Source: Octopus vulgaris (lineage: Eukaryota). Taken from it: 64,000 bases of DNA. A program made the position numbers and the translations under genes. Shown one piece after another: positions 57,231 through 64,000 of the stretch. The notes under the pieces were generated by a model. It ran no database searches and was not told where the DNA came from. It worked only from the letters and a program-made list of their open reading frames with translations. Where the stretch lies: NCBI GenBank assembly GCA_951406725.2, contig OX597839.1, positions 14,074,001 through 14,138,000 of the forward strand. The letters run 5' to 3'. Within the stretch, counting starts at the first letter, position 1. Each line of letters opens with the position of its first letter.

Positions 57231-57753
57231 TGTATGTATGTATGTATATGTATGTATTCATGTAAGAAGCCATTTTACGATGGTATAATTCAGGCGTTTA
57301 ATTTGGGAATCTCTAGAGACACTAAAGACAGCGGCTCGAGATATCACTTTCTTATCGCGTTGCTCGTCATCGAAGTTGACATTATTTTTATTTCAGAGTT
57401 TTCAAATATTTCAGCAATTCCATATCAGGTAATCTTGCGCAATGTCTGTAATCCTGGCTGCCATTAATCAACTAGTCATATACAGTGTGTGTGTGTGTAT
57501 GTGTGTGTGTGTGTGTGTTTGTGTGCGCGTATGTGTGTGTGTGTCACTGTTCAGTTTTATTTCAAGATTTCTTGCCAATAGGCGCAGGAGTGGGTGTGCT
57601 TACCAACCACATGTTTCCGGGTTCAGTCCCACTACGTGGCACCTTCGGCAAGTGTCTTCTACTATAGCCTCGGGCCGACCAAAGGCTTGTGAGTGGATTT
57701 GCTAGACGGAAACTGAAAGAAGCTCCTCGTATGTATATCTATCTATATATATA

Positions 57754-57808
<55 letters not shown>

Positions 57809-58091
57809 GTATGCTTATGTGTCTGTGTTTGTTCCCCAACATAAAAAAACATACATCATACGTACACAATATATTCATATACAAACGTACATAGCCACGT
57901 ACAAATTATATATCAGCGTATATACATTTTTGCATACATACATGCATCATACACATACATACATGCATACATACATACATACATACATACATACATACAT
58001 ACATACATACATACATACATACATACATGTAAACATAGATGCATTCATACGTTCATACGTATAAACATGTATATATATATATATATATATA

Positions 58092-58649
58092 TCTTATTAT
58101 AAAAGGCATCTCTTATTATAAAAGGCAGATTTTATCTGCCTCCCTTTGGGAGTTATAGAAATCTACAATATAGGATTTCTTCAATTACAATTTACCTAGC
58201 ATTTTTAAGAGTAGAATGCATCGCGTCATGCCAGGTCCAGTTTTTAAAATTTAAACTCCATTTAAGCAAAATTTACAGAAAACTTACATTCTGGTGTGTG
58301 TGTCAAATGCTTTTCTAAGTCTGGTTTACACCACACGCAAACGCACACACACAGTGTGCAACAAATAAAATGAAAGTAAATAGCGACAGAGTGATTTGAG
58401 GAAGACTAAACTGAAAGTATTTAAACCACTACTCAAAAAATAAAAAAAACACAGCAAACAGAAACAAATAAATACATAACTCCTCACACAATTTCTTCAA
58501 TTAGAATTTACCTAAGATTTTTCAAAGTACTCCATTCGCTCATGCCATAATATATTTCTTTCAATTTCACCCCCAATTAAGACAAAATTCGAGAAAACTC
58601 AATATTTTAACATTTCACTCCGAAAGCATTGATGTACATGTGTGCGTGC

Positions 58650-58686
<37 letters not shown>

Positions 58687-59550
58687 ATGGGTTGTGCGAC
58701 ACAGAAAGTGTGGTGTGTAAGTGAATTGCTTTTGTTAGTGTGTGTAAAGAGACAGACAGAGTGAAAGACAGAAATAACTGAAGTTTTCACTATGATATCA
58801 TCACGTGCGAAAAAATTCGAAGGGTTTTGAACAATTGAGATACAGATGTCACGCCTGTATGGAAACCATTGCTAAGCTGCCGTAATTGCTTAATTAAGAC
58901 TTTGTTTAAATTGAAAGGGGCAAATATGTGACGAGGTTGAAAAAAAATACCCCAGAAAAAAAAATGTACTGCTGGTATTTATATAATTCACTACTATTTT
59001 GCTACAATGTCATGAAAAAGAAAAAATTTAGGTATGTAAATCGAATTCGCCACCCCCTTTTCCCCGTTCGCGTTTGTGTAAAAAAAATTATTATTTAAGT
59101 TTTAAAAATTATTTACTTTCTTCAAAAAATATTAATATTAATTAATTTTCAAGAATTATTTAATTTTATTCTGTAAAATAGTAATTAATTCATTTATCTG
59201 TAAATCCGCGAGGTTGTTACTCAGGCACCTAGAATGGTAACCTTCAACTAACACTATCTCCTCCGAGACCCTGCGGCGCAAGTTGACCAAAATTGAGAGT
59301 ATGGTAGAAGGGTTGCTCTTCCTTCCGTAGAACATAAAATTCAAATCGGACCATGTTAACACCAAAAATTATTTACATCAAAAAGATGCTTTTTTCTATG
59401 AAAATCCCTATTTTTTACGATTTTTTCACTGCTGTGTCGCCACTTTTCGGTGTATTTCGACCAGAAAAATGTTCACAAAATTTTTACTTTTATAAATTAC
59501 AATTCCAGCGGGTCGAAACAAACCCGAGCAACGCCGGGCGATACTGCTAG
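58092..59550 (+). mobile_element. Longer (~1.46 kb) Helitron-like element
   Basis: Starts TCTTATTATAAAAGGCA (duplicated); last ~300 bp match 34350-34682; ends hairpin + CTAG|T. Confidence 0.65.
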
Positions 59551-60872
59551 TATAGATATATATATATATACACACACATACACACACACACATATATATG
59601 TATTTGTATATATACATACAAACCCACATACATAGATACGTGCATGCATGCATACATATAAACACGCACATACATACATACATATATATATGTGTGAGTA
59701 CAAACTCACACATACACACATACATACATACAAACATACATGCAAACAAACACATACATGCATGCATACATACAAACCCACATACATGGATACATACATA
59801 CATACATAATACATACATACATACATAATACATACATACATACATACATACATACATACATACATACATGCATACATCATACATACATACATACATGCGT
59901 ACGTATGTACGTACGTGCATACAATTAACTAATTTTTCCCCTCGTTATTTAACGAGATATGCTGTAGCCTCAAATCTGACCTTTGCTGAAGGTACCACAC
60001 TTATGAGGTCGATGCGATATCGAGATGGATCGTTGAACGGACTGGTGATTATGGTGGTTGTTAGTTGTTCCACTGCTACTGCCTCACCGTTTGGAGATTG
60101 AAATGGAGAGAGTGACGGAGAGAGAGAAAGAGAGAGAGAGAGAAAAGTATGAGATGGTAGTGTGAGAGACAAGGGATGAGATGGTAGTGAGAGAGATAAA
60201 GGGGTGGGAGTAATATTTTAAAAATAGAAATCCAATATTGAGCATAGATATTAATAGATGCTATGCGTGAAGTTTCCTGTAATTGTATAAGTTGGAAATA
60301 TAACGGGAACTGAGAGAGGGGTCAACTATAAAATATGTTATTCTATGTGAAGGCCAGCTATGCTTTCGGAACGACAAATGGAGCGGCATATTTCCGTAGA
60401 ATAAGGGAGAGAGTAATCTTTTTTCTTTTTCTTTTTCTTTTTTTTGCTTATTTCATCCATGTGAATGCGGCCATGCTGAAGCATCGCTTTGAAGGGTTTT
60501 AGTCGAATAAATCAACCGCTAGGCTTATTTTTTATAGCCTAGTACTTATTCTATCGATTTCTTTGTGCCGAACTGCTAGGGTACGGTAATTTAAACATAC
60601 CAACACCAGTAGTTAAGCGGTAGGAGTGGGTGGGGTGGAGGCAAACATGGACACAAAGACACACATATAGGTATTTGCTTCGCAACCACATGGTACGGGG
60701 TTCACTCCGACTGTGTGGCACATTGTGACAGTCTCAAGGTGCCACGCAGTGGGAGTACACTCGGAACCTTGTGAGTGGATTTGGTAGACGGAAACTAGAA
60801 GAAGCCTGTCGTATATATAGATTTTTCTGTATATATATATTTATACACACAGACATCACACACACACACATA

Positions 60873-60921
<49 letters not shown>

Positions 60922-61239
60922 CTTTGTATCTGTGTTTGTCTTCCACCGTCGCTTGACAACCGGTGTTGGAGTGTTTACATCCCTGCAACTTGGCGCTTCG
61001 GCAATAGAAACCGATAGAATAAGCACCATGCCTATAAAAGAAGAGCAGTGCTGGAGTCAATTCTTTCGACTAAAATTCTTCACAGCAGTGCCACAGCATG
61101 GCCACGGTCTAATAACTGAAGCAAGTACAAGTAAAAGCGATACGACGAGCTTCTTTCAGTTTCCATCCATCAAATCCACTCATTAGGATTTGATCAGTCC
61201 GACGCAAAGATGGTGGAGGACCATTAAAGGAAAACTTGC

Positions 61240-61685
61240 TCAAGTTGATGCAAAGATAATCAAGAATTGCCATGCAGAATTCATGACTACAGGATTTGTA
61301 GCTGGTACTTGAAGTGGTCGTCCTTCCAGTTCATCAAGGTCTGCATGACTGGATGGCCAGAAGCCCTGATTTAACACCCTGTGACTGTTTTCTTTGGGGT
61401 TGTTTAAAGGAGGAAGCCTTCTCTACCAAACCAATGACTTTGGAAGAGCTTGAAGTGTGAATACGAGAAGTTATGTCTTTCATTCCAGAAGAGTTCCTGA
61501 TGAAATCAGTTGATGTGGTTCCCAGGCCGCTTCAGAAGCTGGTAGTGAATGCTGATGCCTATACCAAATTTTAAATAAAATTCCATGCTATACACTTTCT
61601 TTACATATTCGTTTTTCCTAAAAATTATAGTTAATAAATAGATTATAAGTATTTTAAAATAGGGAGTTACTTTTCAATCACCCTG

Positions 61686-61686
<1 letters not shown>
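61240..61686 (+). mobile_element. Tc1/mariner-superfamily transposase C-terminal remnant with right TIR
   Basis: ARSPDLTPCDCFLWGCLKEE...TLEELEV*IRE; ends ...TCAATCACCCTG|TA. Confidence 0.75.
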
Positions 61687-61753
<67 letters not shown>

Positions 61754-62003
61754 CGTGTATGTGTGTGTGTTTGTGTGTGAGTGTACAGTGAGAATTTACG
61801 AAAAGAGCAAAAGACGAAGACGGGTGTGTAAACAACAAACAGATGTATTAGTTTAACGCTCAGGAAGTAAGAAAGTCTTTTACATTTTGAGCCTACGCTC
61901 TTCAGCAGAAAGGAACACAGAAGTAAACAGAGAGAATTTTTTAAAAAAAGGTTTACTGGCTAGCGATCAATCATGGCAACTGCCGGACAGTGGAGTCAGA
62001 CAA

Positions 62004-62114
<111 letters not shown>

Positions 62115-62325
62115 TGTGTGTGTGTTTGTGTTTACGACGGGCTTCTTTCAGTTTCCGTCTACCGAATGCACTCACGGGACTTGGGTCTGCCCGAGGCTGT
62201 ATTAGAAGGTACTTACCCAACGTACCACGCAGTGGGACTGAACCCGGTACCATGTGGTTGGGAAGCAAAATTCTTACCACACAGACACGCCTACGCCTAT
62301 ATAAGAACAGAAACAGAGAGATAGG

Positions 62326-62368
<43 letters not shown>

Positions 62369-62555
62369 TGTGTGAGTGTGTGTGCATGTATTACGTTTGA
62401 CCAGTGAGGGTCTCGCCAAACTGGACAGCCATACAATTAGGAATTTGATAGATTATTTATATTATTCTATCCATTTCCATCTGTGTAATTAGCTTCGGTT
62501 TTGTATTTTAGTCATCCTGTGTACATACATGGATACATATATACATATAAATTTA

Positions 62556-62613
<58 letters not shown>

Positions 62614-63074
62614 CACACAGATTAGTTATATGCACATACATATTATACATACATATATATATACATATATATACACACACATCTATATATATAATCAGTA
62701 TTTGTGCATACATAATGTGTATGCATATATGTGCACATATATGTATATATATATATGTATATATGTATATATGTATACATGTATATATAGATAGATACAT
62801 GATACATATAATTATGTGCATACACGCATAAATGCATAAATATATATGTATGTGTGTATATATATATATCGTATATGTGCATACATAATGTGTATGCATA
62901 TATGTGCACATATATGTGTGTAAATATATATATATATATATATATATAGAGTGTGAGAGAGAGAGAGAGAAAGAAAGAGAGATACGATACATATAATTAT
63001 GTGCATATATGTATCAATGCATAAATATATATGTATGTATATATATATATATATATATACAGAGAGAGAGAGAG

Positions 63075-63109
<35 letters not shown>

Positions 63110-63134
63110 GAGGTAAATAGAATAGAATAGATAG

Positions 63135-63203
<69 letters not shown>

Positions 63204-63238
63204 GGGTGAAATTAATTAATTTGGAATAATTATCAATT

Positions 63239-63366
<128 letters not shown>

Positions 63367-64000
63367 TTCATACATATTTAGGTATGTGTGTGTATACATA
63401 TACATATATGTGCATGTATACCACACATGCATACGTGCGTATTATACATACATACATACATACATACATACGTACATACGTACATACATACACACATAGA
63501 AACACATTAACACACATTTAGGGAATTGAAAATTGTAGATGGGAAAACCTAATTAAAAACTAAGTCGTTAGTCTACCATTCTGATATTGATATGGGAGAA
63601 AAGAGCGCTCTCTATCAATAGAGGGTTAATTATAAAATAATGACAGTGAGTGTAAATTAACAGATAGGATCCACGGAGACTAATTAGTGCAGATTAATCC
63701 GCCGGAATGCACACAAACACACACAAGTATGAAAAGATATATACATGTGCATATATGTATGCACATATATACAGATTCTCATATATACATACATTACACA
63801 CACACACACACACAAGTATAAAAAGATATATACATGTGCATATATATATGCACATATATACAGATTCTCATATACATACATTACACACACGCGTGCACAC
63901 ACACACACACATACATATCCACGTTCGAGCTCCAGCATGACCACAGCCGCATGGCTGAAAGGAGTTAAAGCGTAAAAAAAGTGTGTGTATATATATATAT

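Overview
AT-rich, microsatellite-saturated animal genomic DNA. The SINE families and the (TA)/(TG)/(TACA)/(AAT) landscape suggest an octopod cephalopod, but that is inference. Nearly all ORF-track entries are microsatellite artefacts. Supported content: (1) the first coding exon of an N-acylated globin X-like gene on the minus strand (35943-35735, phase-2 intron at the B12.2 position), with no recognisable second globin exon in the 35.7 kb downstream; (2) an orphan minus-strand terminal exon ending in eight cysteines (2563-2460); (3) a near-complete, apparently young Penelope-like retroelement (RT + GIY-YIG, about 5565-11474) whose two identical terminal repeats each carry a minimal type I hammerhead ribozyme; (4) a 718-bp inverted repeat carrying a second hammerhead type, further Penelope fragments, several short hammerhead-like mini-elements with covarying stem I, and many fold-back palindromes inserted in (TA)n; (5) R4/Dong-like LINE remnants and a non-coding element in (AAT)n, tandem non-autonomous Helitrons, a TTAGGG-containing MITE family, a solo LTR, a Tc1/mariner fragment and four tRNA-derived SINE families. 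The most interesting signal is the Penelope/hammerhead set linked to microsatellites. All calls are by eye; no database searches were run.
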